Source: Fibrobacteria bacterium
Lineage (GTDB): Bacteria > Fibrobacterota > Chitinivibrionia > Chitinivibrionales > FEN-1185
Assembly: GCA_037447435.1 (NCBI GenBank)
Contig: JBBIGR010000004.1
Span: 32,001 to 96,000, forward strand
Reading direction: 5' to 3'
Length of the DNA: 64,000 nt
Shown: positions 29,135 to 38,567 of the stretch, in pieces
Numbering within the stretch: position 1 is the stretch's first letter
How the letters are laid out: every line of letters begins with the position of its first letter
Made by a program: the position numbers and the translations under genes
The notes under the pieces: model-generated
What the model saw: the letters and a program-made list of their open reading frames with translations, nothing else
Database searches by the model: none
Told to the model about the DNA's origin: nothing

Positions 29135-31120
29135 TTAGGCCAGCTCACCTTCTTCAAGCCATTTTTTGCGTTTGGCAACACGAAGAAATGCATCGACGAT
29201 TCCCGGATCGAACATAGACCCTTTGGCTTCAATAAGGCGTTTGACTGCCTCTTTTTTGCCAAGACTGTCCCGGTAGGGGCGATTCGAAGTCATCGCTTCG
29301 AACGCATCGGCGACGCGAATGATCCGCGCGCCGATCGGTATCGCTTCGGCTTTCAAACCGTCGGGATAGCCGGTTCCGTCGAAATTTTCATGATGGTATA
29401 AAATCAACTTGTAGAGGTCCTGTAAAAACGGAACGTCCTTTACGATGTTCGCACCCAGCGAGGAGTGGGTTTTCATGATGCCGTTGAATTCATCGTAAGT
29501 CAACGAGCCTTGCTTGTTAAGTATATTCCCGGGAATTCCGATCTTCCCGATGTCGTGCAAGAGCCCCGCGTCCCTGATGCTGCTCCCTTTTTTGCCTTCC
29601 ACGCCGATTTCGCGCGAAATTTCCTCGGCGATATTCATGACATTTTCCGAATGTCCGTGCGTATACGTATCTTTCGCATCAACGGCAATCGCAAGCGCCT
29701 TGATGGTGCGGATGTAATTTTCCTTCATGTCGTTGTACAATTTCGAATTAGTCAATGCAATACGCGTCTGACTGACGATGCTCGACAAAAGCGTCAGTTT
29801 TTCCTGTTTGTTCGAAATGTCTTTCATGGCCCCGAAATACATGGCGCCGTAATCGAAGGCCTCGCCTACCACGGGAACGATATAGGTAAAACCGAGGGGC
29901 AGCATGGTTTCGGGTGCGAATTCGGTCGAAGGCATCAATTGACGGAACGAGATCCGTTTCTGTTGAACCCTGCTGTGGGTCGCATGGTTGTATTCGACCA
30001 CTATTTCCGAACACACGGCCGCTATGTTTTGGGGCGAAAGGTCCCCGCGCGACCAATACAACAGCTCATGGCTCCGTTTCTGGACAATTAAAAAAGCGAT
30101 GACGTCTATATCGAAATGCTTCTGCACCGTCGAAAACAAACATTTTATCACGTCGCTTTCGTCAACCAATCCCATCAACTGTTCGGAATAATTGCTGATC
30201 AAAGACAATTCGTCGAGTTTTTGGCGGATGGACGACAATAAATTCGCGTTATTGATCGCGATGCCGGCTTGAGACGCGAGCATATTGACAATATTTAAAT
30301 CGACCGCAGAAAACACGTCTTTATTCGTACCGCGGTTCAAGTTGATGATGCCGATCACCTCGTCCGACACTTTCAACGGCACGCACAGGGACGACCCGAT
30401 TTCTTCCCGCAAAAGATCGATAGCGGCGTCCGCGAGCGCCTTGGGGTCCGACAACAACAAGGATTTCCCGTTTTTTACGACCCATTTTGAAATCGGCCAT
30501 TGGTCCGGATTGTTACACGAGGAGCGGATTTCCGAAATGCTTATTCCTTTTTTCCGGACGATTTCCAATTCGTTCGATTCTTTTCGAACAAGAATGATCG
30601 AACCGGTATCGGCCCTGGAAACCATCAAACAGTACTGAAACGTGACGTCAAGAAGCTCTTCGAGTTCATGCGTACTTGTCAATTTATGCGTGATATCGTG
30701 CAGCGAAACGAGTTGGGAAAGAAGCATGTTCTCCCGCACCAATTTCGTATTCTGCAAGGCCCTGCTCACTTTTTGCTGCAGCACGTCGAGACCGAATGGT
30801 TTTACTATATAGTCGAATGCGCCGCTTTGAATGGCTTCTATCGCCGTATTGATATCGGGATGGGCGGTCGTGACGATTACGGGCGTATTTGTCCCGTTTT
30901 TGCACGTTTGATTGAGGAATTGAATTCCATCCATCACCGGCATATGAATATCCAATATCACGCAATGCGGATGCAACTCATTGAATAGTTCGACCGCCTG
31001 GAGTCCGTTATATGCAAGAACGGTTTTATATCCGGAGTCGGAGAAAAATTTCGACAATGCATTGCAAAGCATTTGATCGTCATCAACGATCAATATTAAA
31101 TATTCTTCGTTACTGTCCAT
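29135..31120 (-). CDS. Response regulator with REC, GAF and HD-GYP (c-di-GMP phosphodiesterase-like) domains
   Basis: REC 'ILIVDDD...LDIHMPVMDG...YIVKP'; GAF 'SLCVPLKVSDEVIGIINL'; HD-GYP 'HSENV...LLHDIGKIGIP...HHENFDGTGYPDGL'. Confidence 0.92.
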   Translation of the reverse strand: MDSNEEYLILIVDDDQMLCNALSKFFSDSGYKTVLAYNGLQAVELFNELHPHCVILDIHMPVMDGIQFLNQTCKNGTNTPVIVTTAHPDINTAIEAIQSGAFDYIVKPFGLDVLQQKVSRALQNTKLVRENMLLSQLVSLHDITHKLTSTHELEELLDVTFQYCLMVSRADTGSIILVRKESNELEIVRKKGISISEIRSSCNNPDQWPISKWVVKNGKSLLLSDPKALADAAIDLLREEIGSSLCVPLKVSDEVIGIINLNRGTNKDVFSAVDLNIVNMLASQAGIAINNANLLSSIRQKLDELSLISNYSEQLMGLVDESDVIKCLFSTVQKHFDIDVIAFLIVQKRSHELLYWSRGDLSPQNIAAVCSEIVVEYNHATHSRVQQKRISFRQLMPSTEFAPETMLPLGFTYIVPVVGEAFDYGAMYFGAMKDISNKQEKLTLLSSIVSQTRIALTNSKLYNDMKENYIRTIKALAIAVDAKDTYTHGHSENVMNIAEEISREIGVEGKKGSSIRDAGLLHDIGKIGIPGNILNKQGSLTYDEFNGIMKTHSSLGANIVKDVPFLQDLYKLILYHHENFDGTGYPDGLKAEAIPIGARIIRVADAFEAMTSNRPYRDSLGKKEAVKRLIEAKGSMFDPGIVDAFLRVAKRKKWLEEGELA

Positions 31121-31161
31121 TAGCCAACTAATTCTTTCGGGCAAAAGAAAAATCAGGGCTG

Positions 31162-32298
31162 TTATCGACGATACGTCAGGCCTATTTGATACGTTGCCGC
31201 CAACTCATGCAATGCATAGGAAGCATCGATACTTAAGGCATTTCGAAACAAGTTCACTCCGCAACCAAATGCAAATTTTTGTTCGGCACTCGATGCAGGG
31301 TTTTGAAAATTTCCCCCAACCCTGATTGCAAATATTTCCTTGATCAAATATTCTATCCCGATGCAACCAAGCAATGCCGATAGCGTCGAATTGCTCATCG
31401 ACGGCTTTTCACCGGGCATTTGGTTTGCCGTGGAGGAACTATTCGGACCATCGGTCTGATTATTGGATACCGTTGTCAAAAACGTTGCCGCATCTATGGC
31501 GTCGGCACCTTCATTACCGAGCAGATCCAGAGTCTTATATTGAATCTGAACCCTGCCGTAAATATACGGAAGATCTTTTTGCCAACCTGCGCCGAATCGA
31601 AGATGCGGATACGCGGTTTCGGAATAACTTGCCGACCATTTCGTGTATTGGGTTGTTATATTATCGCAAGCAAGGGATAACCGTATTCCGCTTGCGGGAA
31701 AATTTACCACCGCACCGGCGTCAAAGCCGATACTGTAGCCGCGATATTCATCAAAAGCGAGTCGTTGCCGCTGCGCATTGACGCTTATCCCGCCGGCAAG
31801 TTCGAGCAATTTTGACCGGTACAGTTTTCTCCCATAGCCGACGTGGAAATAAATATCAGAGTACGAAGAATTAAGCATTCTGGATTCGTCATATATCGGA
31901 ACTCCGTCCTGATCGACTAAAAGGTTTTGCGTTCCGAGAATATCCGGTACGTAAAGATAGCTCAACGAAACGCCGTAACCCGACAACGAATCGATGGGAC
32001 CTGCAAATGAAAAGACAGATGTTGAAAATGTGTTTTTATAATAGGAAGCATATGCCAATGAGGCGTCGGTAGTCGAATCGAACGATAAATTACCCGGATT
32101 GGTTTGCGGCGACCCGTCATGGGCAAAAACAAAATCCGCACCTGCCAAAGAGGCGCAACGCGGCATTAAAAATAACGCACGCGTATTATCTGCATAGTAT
32201 TTTGAATTGGAAATTGATACTGTCGTGTCTGCCCAACTCAAACAGCAACAGAAGCATAGGGAAAGAGAACCGATTAAACCGGTATGTAATTTACTCAT
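31162..32298 (-). CDS. PorV/UPF0164-like outer-membrane barrel protein
   Basis: Signal peptide; degenerate PorV-like motif 'PRCASLAGA...QTNPGNL'; amphipathic strands to the C-terminus. Confidence 0.65.
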   Translation of the reverse strand: MSKLHTGLIGSLSLCFCCCLSWADTTVSISNSKYYADNTRALFLMPRCASLAGADFVFAHDGSPQTNPGNLSFDSTTDASLAYASYYKNTFSTSVFSFAGPIDSLSGYGVSLSYLYVPDILGTQNLLVDQDGVPIYDESRMLNSSYSDIYFHVGYGRKLYRSKLLELAGGISVNAQRQRLAFDEYRGYSIGFDAGAVVNFPASGIRLSLACDNITTQYTKWSASYSETAYPHLRFGAGWQKDLPYIYGRVQIQYKTLDLLGNEGADAIDAATFLTTVSNNQTDGPNSSSTANQMPGEKPSMSNSTLSALLGCIGIEYLIKEIFAIRVGGNFQNPASSAEQKFAFGCGVNLFRNALSIDASYALHELAATYQIGLTYRR

Positions 32299-32478
32299 GC
32301 TTTAAGTACGGCCAGACTAAAAAGAAAATTTACCAAAGCTTTAAGAACATCCTACATTGTTATAAAATAATGAATTTTTCTTAAAACAGAGCCAAATAAA
32401 ACAAGTTTGGGTTAATTTAAAAAAAACAAATCAAATGCCTTGATTAGTTTTCACCAGTTTTCTATTTTTAACATGCTC

Positions 32479-32552
32479 GGGCGTATGGCTCAGTTGGTTA
32501 AAGCGCTGCGTTCACATCGCAGAGATCCCTGGTTCGAATCCAGGTGCGCCCA
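32479..32552 (+). tRNA. trnV: tRNA-Val (anticodon CAC), CCA end not encoded
   Basis: Cloverleaf: GGGCGTA/TGCGCCC acceptor stem, D-loop AGTTGGTTA, anticodon arm CTGCG-TTCACAT-CGCAG, T-arm CCTGG-TTCGAAT-CCAGG, discriminator A. Confidence 0.95.
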
Positions 32553-32608
32553 TTTTCTTCTAGTCGGACTTCTCGAGAAACAACAGCGTATTTCGTAACT
32601 ATAAAAAC

Positions 32609-34054
32609 ATGATTAAACCAAATCAATTTGCCCTATTGCTTTTTACCGCAACAATCTGTTTTCCGCTGTTTTCACAAACATCAGACACTTCGTGCCTTAT
32701 TTTGGAAGCGCCCAAACAAGGCAACACAATCGCAAGCCCGACCTGTACCGTGAGCGTTCGTGCGTGCAGCAAAGTGTCTTCCATTCAATTCCGTGCGCAA
32801 TACAAAAATCCCGGAAAAGCTGCCGATACCACTGTTTTCATAGGATCGATAGCAAATCCTCCGTTTAAATTTTCATGGAATATAGACCAAATGCCCAATG
32901 TGCTCTATCAGGGCATCACTCTGACCGCAGACGCCATGCTTCGAAACGGTATGCGTCAATCGATCAGTAAACAAGGGATTTTCTTTGCTCACAAATCAAT
33001 TATCCGCCCCACGACTTTTATAAAATTCGGCAGCGAAGCATCGTCCCAACTGTTCACCCAATCCCGTTCGTCCGATCGTTTCCCTGCAACGGTACAGGCA
33101 TTTTCATACTACGACAATTCCAGAATTCATTTTACCGTAAAAACAATGTCCGCCATTACGTTCAGCACCCAACCGTCCGCCTCGCTTTCCGATTGGGGTG
33201 TCGACATAGGAATCGACACAAGACTTTCAATGCAATCATATCCGTCCGACAGCGTATTATTTATTTCCTTTAACTTAAACGGCAATGCCGAACAAACCGT
33301 ATTTAAGCCGATTAGAGGCGCCGATGGTTCCTTCACTATCGCCAAATTGAAAAAAAGCATACAATGTCCGTTTGAACTGACAAAAGATGATGCCAAAGGG
33401 TTCACAATGGAAATCGACATTCCAAAAGAACTGACCGGAAGCATCGTTCCCGATTCTTTTTCCTGCAATATGATCGTTAAATTACCCGGCGATAGCGCGA
33501 GCCCCGCAATAGTTTCCTGGGCTAACGCCGTCGGCAACAATGCCTATTGCCCGGTTGTATGGAGCACCGTGCGCTTGCGGCCTCCTCCGTTTTACCATGT
33601 CCGCATTTATCAATGGTTGCTGGCTTTTGGCGCCGGCATGATTTGCGTTGTCCTGGTGGGCTTCATCATATCTCTTATCAATAAACGCTCGACCACGTTC
33701 GAGCAATTCGAACAAACCGAAGACGAAAAAAAGGTGACCGATCAAATATATCAATATCTCGAAGAAACCATTACCAAAAAAGACATCTCTTTGGCATGGC
33801 TGGCCCAAAAGTTGGACATGGCGCCCAAAAGAATCGAACGCCTGCTCAAAAAATTCAAACGGAAATCCTTCAAGGATTATGTGATGGTCTTACGGATAGA
33901 AATTGCAAAGGAAAGACTGCGCTCATCGCATGCGAGCGAAAAGTCGATTGCCGATTCTTGCGGGTTTAAAAACGTGACCGAGATGGAGAAATACTTTGTC
34001 AAATTCTGCCGGACAACTCCCTACAAATTTCGAAAAGATAATCAGGTAGCCTAG
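32609..34054 (+). CDS. Membrane-spanning AraC-family regulator with extracytoplasmic Ig-like and CBM9/DOMON-like domains
   Basis: Signal peptide; beta-rich domains; TM 'WLLAFGAGMICVVLVGFIISLI'; AraC HTH 'ISLAWLAQKL...LRIEIAKERL...IADSCGF...FVKFCRTTPYKFR'. Confidence 0.85.
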   Translation: MIKPNQFALLLFTATICFPLFSQTSDTSCLILEAPKQGNTIASPTCTVSVRACSKVSSIQFRAQYKNPGKAADTTVFIGSIANPPFKFSWNIDQMPNVLYQGITLTADAMLRNGMRQSISKQGIFFAHKSIIRPTTFIKFGSEASSQLFTQSRSSDRFPATVQAFSYYDNSRIHFTVKTMSAITFSTQPSASLSDWGVDIGIDTRLSMQSYPSDSVLFISFNLNGNAEQTVFKPIRGADGSFTIAKLKKSIQCPFELTKDDAKGFTMEIDIPKELTGSIVPDSFSCNMIVKLPGDSASPAIVSWANAVGNNAYCPVVWSTVRLRPPPFYHVRIYQWLLAFGAGMICVVLVGFIISLINKRSTTFEQFEQTEDEKKVTDQIYQYLEETITKKDISLAWLAQKLDMAPKRIERLLKKFKRKSFKDYVMVLRIEIAKERLRSSHASEKSIADSCGFKNVTEMEKYFVKFCRTTPYKFRKDNQVA

Positions 34055-34056
34055 CG

Positions 34057-36135
34057 TTACGCTGCAGAAACCTTCTTTGCCATAAACAAGGCCCGCTGTA
34101 TTTCAAGGTCCAATTGATTCTTATCGTACGGTTTCGTAAACCATTTGAAAATATTCATGGATTCAATGCTTTTTTGCCTAGGAGGATACCCGGAAACCAC
34201 AATCACAATGAGTTCCTTTTTAACCGAGCGCAACGATTCGATGACATGATGCGGATCGTCTTGCTGCAGATGCCAGTCCATGATAACGACTTCACATTCC
34301 TCCAGATTTTTCTTCAGTTCGCTCATTCCTTCGGCCAATGTCGATGCTTCACAAACGGAATATTTAAATTCCTTCATGAAAAACGTCAAAATGCTTCTGA
34401 TCTTCGGATCGTCGTCAAGAAGAAGGACTTTGGTCGGTCTGCGATTCGAAAGCACGACGGTTGTGTCCCTGTCTACCTCGCCGCCTTCGCTTTCGGGAAT
34501 TTCAATGCAAAAGGTTGTTCCCCGTTTATCGGTTTTTTCGATAAATATCCTGCCGTTATGCAGGGAAACGATTCGTTGAACTAAAGCAAGGCCGAGCCCG
34601 GTGCCTTTACCCGGTTTTTTTGTGGTAAAGAACGGATCGAATATTTTTTCAACAATGTCATGAGGAATGCCGGTACCGGTATCGGAAAACCGGATTTTCA
34701 CCATGCCGTTTGTCGTTTCATCGTGTTGCGTCGAAAGTTCGATCGTGATCGCTCCGCCGCCGGGCATTGCGTCACGAGAGTTGCCGATCAGATTTTGGAA
34801 AATCCGTTTAAAATAATCGGCATCGCCCTGTATCCATACCGGGTCGCTTGGCGCTTTCAGAACAATATCGTACGAATTACCGAGTTGACTCCCGTACAGT
34901 GGAATAACGCTTTCCATGAAATTCTGCAGTTGAATCGGCTGATAGTCCAAAAGCTTTTTTCTTCCCAAAGCGAGCAATTCAGAAATCAGGAGCTTTGCTT
35001 CAACAAGCGTTTCGGATATGATTTCCATATGCTTTTTCGTTTCGGTTTCCTTTGTATCTTTTTCCACAATGGAAGCAATGTCCGAAACCGTTTGCAGGAT
35101 ATTATTAAAGTCATGCGCCATACCGCTGGCCAAGGTCCCGAGCGATTCCATTTTTTGGTATTGATACAGACGCGAGACCATTTCCTCCCTTTGCGACAAA
35201 GCGAGCTCCCTGTCGCTCACATCGGTCATGATTCCTTCAAAAATGAGCGGCTTTCCCGGTTCCGAAAGCGGTTGAATGAAACAATCCACGAATTTATTGT
35301 TTCCGTTGAAATCCTTGATTTGAAAGGTGCCTTTGAATTCCGATTTATCCAATTTCAGGAGATCGGGTTTTTGCATGAAATCAAAAATGCTTCGGTTAGG
35401 AATGACTTTGGCAGGCAATCCGATAATGGCAAAAGCGGTTTGGTTAGCCCAAATAAAACGGCCGCGATCATCAAGCGTAAACAACATTTCGGGCAAACGA
35501 TGGACGAGATTCTGGTATCGCAATTCGGAACTGATTACCTTGTTGATGGTAGTGAAATTTTTCCTGGATATAATACCTGCTACGGTTGCAACAATTACCA
35601 ACAAAAAGACCCGTACGCCCAAATCGAAAACCCAGGCTTCCACAGGTACGGGTTTATGAAGAAGAGAGAAAACAAAATAAAAAGAATAACATACTGCCGA
35701 CATGATACCGCTAAAAATCGAAAGCGATAACTTATTATGCAATGCGGTGAAAATGATTGCGATAAAGTAAACGCCGAATAGCGACATTCGAAGAAGCGAG
35801 GAGGTGGTTCCCATCATGGAATAAGACCACAACACCACGGTCATGACAATAATGTCCAAAGAAACGAGCACAAATGCCGAATATGATTTACCGCGAGTTT
35901 TACCGAAGCGGGTTATATAGTATCCGCTGTATCCCAAAAGTACTAAAACGGCACACATTTGAAACGCAAATGCTTTAACGGAGATCTCATCGAGCATGTA
36001 GCAATAAAAAGCTAAAAAAGAATATCCTATGCCTATGGCAAGCCGAATCCAGGAACTCCATCGCTCCGATTCGACCTCTGCCCGCATAATGGTTTGAGTT
36101 TTTCCAAGAAAGTTCTTTTGAGTTTCTATAGACAT
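34057..36135 (-). CDS. Membrane-bound hybrid sensor histidine kinase (TM, PAS, HisKA, HATPase, REC)
   Basis: 'GMAHDFNNILQ', 'QNLIGNSRDAM', 'DTGTGIP', 'FDPFFTTKKPGKGTGLGL', REC 'LLLDDD...IMDW...TKP'. Confidence 0.93.
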   Translation of the reverse strand: MSIETQKNFLGKTQTIMRAEVESERWSSWIRLAIGIGYSFLAFYCYMLDEISVKAFAFQMCAVLVLLGYSGYYITRFGKTRGKSYSAFVLVSLDIIVMTVVLWSYSMMGTTSSLLRMSLFGVYFIAIIFTALHNKLSLSIFSGIMSAVCYSFYFVFSLLHKPVPVEAWVFDLGVRVFLLVIVATVAGIISRKNFTTINKVISSELRYQNLVHRLPEMLFTLDDRGRFIWANQTAFAIIGLPAKVIPNRSIFDFMQKPDLLKLDKSEFKGTFQIKDFNGNNKFVDCFIQPLSEPGKPLIFEGIMTDVSDRELALSQREEMVSRLYQYQKMESLGTLASGMAHDFNNILQTVSDIASIVEKDTKETETKKHMEIISETLVEAKLLISELLALGRKKLLDYQPIQLQNFMESVIPLYGSQLGNSYDIVLKAPSDPVWIQGDADYFKRIFQNLIGNSRDAMPGGGAITIELSTQHDETTNGMVKIRFSDTGTGIPHDIVEKIFDPFFTTKKPGKGTGLGLALVQRIVSLHNGRIFIEKTDKRGTTFCIEIPESEGGEVDRDTTVVLSNRRPTKVLLLDDDPKIRSILTFFMKEFKYSVCEASTLAEGMSELKKNLEECEVVIMDWHLQQDDPHHVIESLRSVKKELIVIVVSGYPPRQKSIESMNIFKWFTKPYDKNQLDLEIQRALFMAKKVSAA

Positions 36136-36217
36136 ATTTTAATCCTTAATCTTCGAAATTCGAGAAAAAACGCCTATTTAACCCCTTAACCAAAACCCAT
36201 TGAAATAATACCACTTT

Positions 36218-36250
36218 CTGGTTTTAAAATCCATAGTATTTTAAAACCAG
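36218..36250. promoter_or_regulatory. Operator-like 13 bp inverted repeat in a divergent promoter region
   Basis: CTGGTTTTAAAAT-CCATAGT-ATTTTAAAACCAG. Confidence 0.45.
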
Positions 36251-36392
36251 GGAAATGGCTAAATGGAATCCGCTCGAATAAAAACAGTTATGAATAACCA
36301 TAAATATCCTGCATCGATTTTATCAGCGTTTTTTGCCAGGGGTTTCAATATAAATATTGGTTCGGATAAAACCTTGGATTTGTTTTAATTCC

Positions 36393-37763
36393 ATGAAAAA
36401 AAAAGCATTAGTCATAAATCCCTGGATCATGGATTTTAAGCTCTATGACGAATGGATGCACCCGTGCGGCCTTTATTTTCTGTACGATTTTTTATTACGC
36501 AACGGATTTGACACCGTATTTTACAATTGTCTCAAACGAAGCCAAAGTACAAAACCAAAACAAAACGGTACGGGCGAATTTCCCAATGCGGAAATTGCAA
36601 AACCGGGCATTTATAAGGGAGTTAAACGCAAATTCAAGCGATACGGCGTTTCCCAAGACGAGTTCACTGGCTTCCTCTTGTCAACGAATAAACCCGATGT
36701 GATTTTTTTAGGCAGTTCTATGACCTATTGGGCAATGGGCTTGGCCGAAACAATCAAAATCGTCACAAGTATCTTTCCCGATATCCCCTGCATTGTCGGT
36801 GGAACCGCCGCGCACCTTATTCCAAATTGGATTAGATCGATTCCGGGCGTAACCCATGTTTTCACGGGAAATCTTTTCAATGCCAATGATTTAAAACAAT
36901 CGGGCATTCCCCTTTTAAGCGAGCTTACGGCATTGCCCTGCGCCGCCTCGATGAATCCGGCATTCGAAAGTATGGAGTCCCTCAACCATGCGCCGGTAAT
37001 GACTTCACTGGGATGCCCCATGTCCTGTTCTTATTGTGCATCCAAAATTCTCTGTAAAACCTATACCCGTCGCCCGGTCGAAACCGTTGCAGCGGAACTC
37101 GCATTGTGCGTGTCCGAATTCGACGTTTCGAATGCCGCATTTTATGATGACGCGTTGCTGTTCGATGCCGAAAACAATTTCATCCCTTTTGTCAACAAAA
37201 TACGGGATATGCGGTTACCGGTTCAATTTCATACGCCAAACGGTTTGCATGTCGCGTTCATGAACCGTTTTTTAATAGATCTCATGCTTGACATTGGGTT
37301 TAAAACGATTCGCCTGGGATACGAAAGCGGCAAACTATCCGACACCCGTCACACAAGCGGTAAAACATCCTTTGAACAGCTCGCACAAAAAATCGTTCTG
37401 ATGAAATCCGGAGGTTTTTTGAGTTCGGGCATCGGCGTCTACTTGATGGCCGGGCTCCCCGGGCAAACGCCGCAAATGGTCATGGAAGAATTAGCCGAAG
37501 TCGCATCGCTGGGTGTTTTAGTGAAACCGGTATTTTTATCCCCGGTGCCGCACACAGCTTTATTTGAATCATATTCTTTATTGTATCCGCAAATACTTGC
37601 CGACCCGTTAACGCATAACGATTCTTATTTTGTGACCTTGTTACCGCAATGGGACGCTACGGCTATGCAGGATGTTTTGGATAGGGCAAAATCTCATAAT
37701 CAGAAAATACAAGCACCTGCCGATCCTAGTGACAGCAGCCTCGGCATTCCAAAACCCGCGTAA
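36393..37763 (+). CDS. Radical SAM protein with B12-binding-like N-terminal domain
   Basis: 'TSLGCPMSCSYCAS' CxxxCxxC, 'AFYDDALL', 'FHTPNGLH', 'RLGYES', 'YLMAGLPGQ'. Confidence 0.88.
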   Translation: MKKKALVINPWIMDFKLYDEWMHPCGLYFLYDFLLRNGFDTVFYNCLKRSQSTKPKQNGTGEFPNAEIAKPGIYKGVKRKFKRYGVSQDEFTGFLLSTNKPDVIFLGSSMTYWAMGLAETIKIVTSIFPDIPCIVGGTAAHLIPNWIRSIPGVTHVFTGNLFNANDLKQSGIPLLSELTALPCAASMNPAFESMESLNHAPVMTSLGCPMSCSYCASKILCKTYTRRPVETVAAELALCVSEFDVSNAAFYDDALLFDAENNFIPFVNKIRDMRLPVQFHTPNGLHVAFMNRFLIDLMLDIGFKTIRLGYESGKLSDTRHTSGKTSFEQLAQKIVLMKSGGFLSSGIGVYLMAGLPGQTPQMVMEELAEVASLGVLVKPVFLSPVPHTALFESYSLLYPQILADPLTHNDSYFVTLLPQWDATAMQDVLDRAKSHNQKIQAPADPSDSSLGIPKPA

Positions 37764-37790
37764 CGAAACAACGTCGCCGAAAGATTGTTG

Positions 37791-38501
37791 CTATTTGGCC
37801 ATAGCGGCTTTTTTCAGATTTGCGGGCATTTTTTCTATGGCATATCGCAAGGCGGTACGCGGCATTGTCGCTTTACGTTTCATGACAAAGTCGAATATTT
37901 GCGTGCAATGGGGTTTGCTTGCCTCTTTTAACATCCATCCGTAGCCTTTTTGCACCATGTCGTCGTCATCAAGTAACAACGTATCGGCTATTTTCAGGAT
38001 CTCGGCGAGAAACAGTCCTTTACGAGCAGGAATAATCAGGCTCACGGCCGAACCGCGCCTTACCCAACGGTTTTTCGATGCGGTCCATGCAAACAGGTCG
38101 TTTATTTTTTCAGGGAACTTCATGACGAAAGAGCCGATCGCATGGTTGCAGAGCGTGTCGCAAATTGCCCAATTGTCAACATACCGGTTGAGCCATTTCG
38201 CAAGAACGGCGAAGTCCTGTTCCTCAAACGCCTTCGATTGTTTGTCCAGCCAGAACAACCCGACCAATTTCTCTTCGAATTTGTTCGTTTGCAACAGCGA
38301 TTCGCAATAGGTAAAGATCACGTCTTTGCCTTGATCTTTAATCGTCTTGTAATACTCTGCGGCAACGCTGCGGACTTGTGCCGCTTTCAGCCCGTGGAAA
38401 GCCACCGTTTCCTTAAAAAAGCGCTTGGCACTTTCCCGTGTTTTCGCATCGCCTTTTTCCAATAAAGCGGTTCTGACTTTTTTACAAACAGGATAATCCA
38501 T
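37791..38501 (-). CDS. DNA alkylation repair enzyme (AlkD-like HEAT-repeat protein)
   Basis: 'VDNWAICDTLC', 'WTASKNRWVRR', 'DDMVQKGYGWMLKEASK', 'MPRTALRYAIEKM'. Confidence 0.9.
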   Translation of the reverse strand: MDYPVCKKVRTALLEKGDAKTRESAKRFFKETVAFHGLKAAQVRSVAAEYYKTIKDQGKDVIFTYCESLLQTNKFEEKLVGLFWLDKQSKAFEEQDFAVLAKWLNRYVDNWAICDTLCNHAIGSFVMKFPEKINDLFAWTASKNRWVRRGSAVSLIIPARKGLFLAEILKIADTLLLDDDDMVQKGYGWMLKEASKPHCTQIFDFVMKRKATMPRTALRYAIEKMPANLKKAAMAK

Positions 38502-38515
38502 GATTATTCCTCATC

Positions 38516-38548
38516 GAAAACCCCGCAGCAACGCTACGGGGCTTTTTC
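38516..38548 (-). terminator. Rho-independent terminator after the deacetylase gene
   Basis: Minus strand GAAAAAGCCCCGTAGC-GTT-GCTGCGGGGTTTTC. Confidence 0.65.
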
Positions 38549-38567
38549 GCGAAAATGCTTTTGCGGC

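Noticed and set aside
32479..34054. Genomic island integrated at tRNA-Val
   Set aside because: No integrase is present and I saw no duplicate of the tRNA 3' end elsewhere in the window.
34660..35730. 356 aa plus-strand ORF
   Set aside because: Antisense shadow of the histidine kinase with no motifs.
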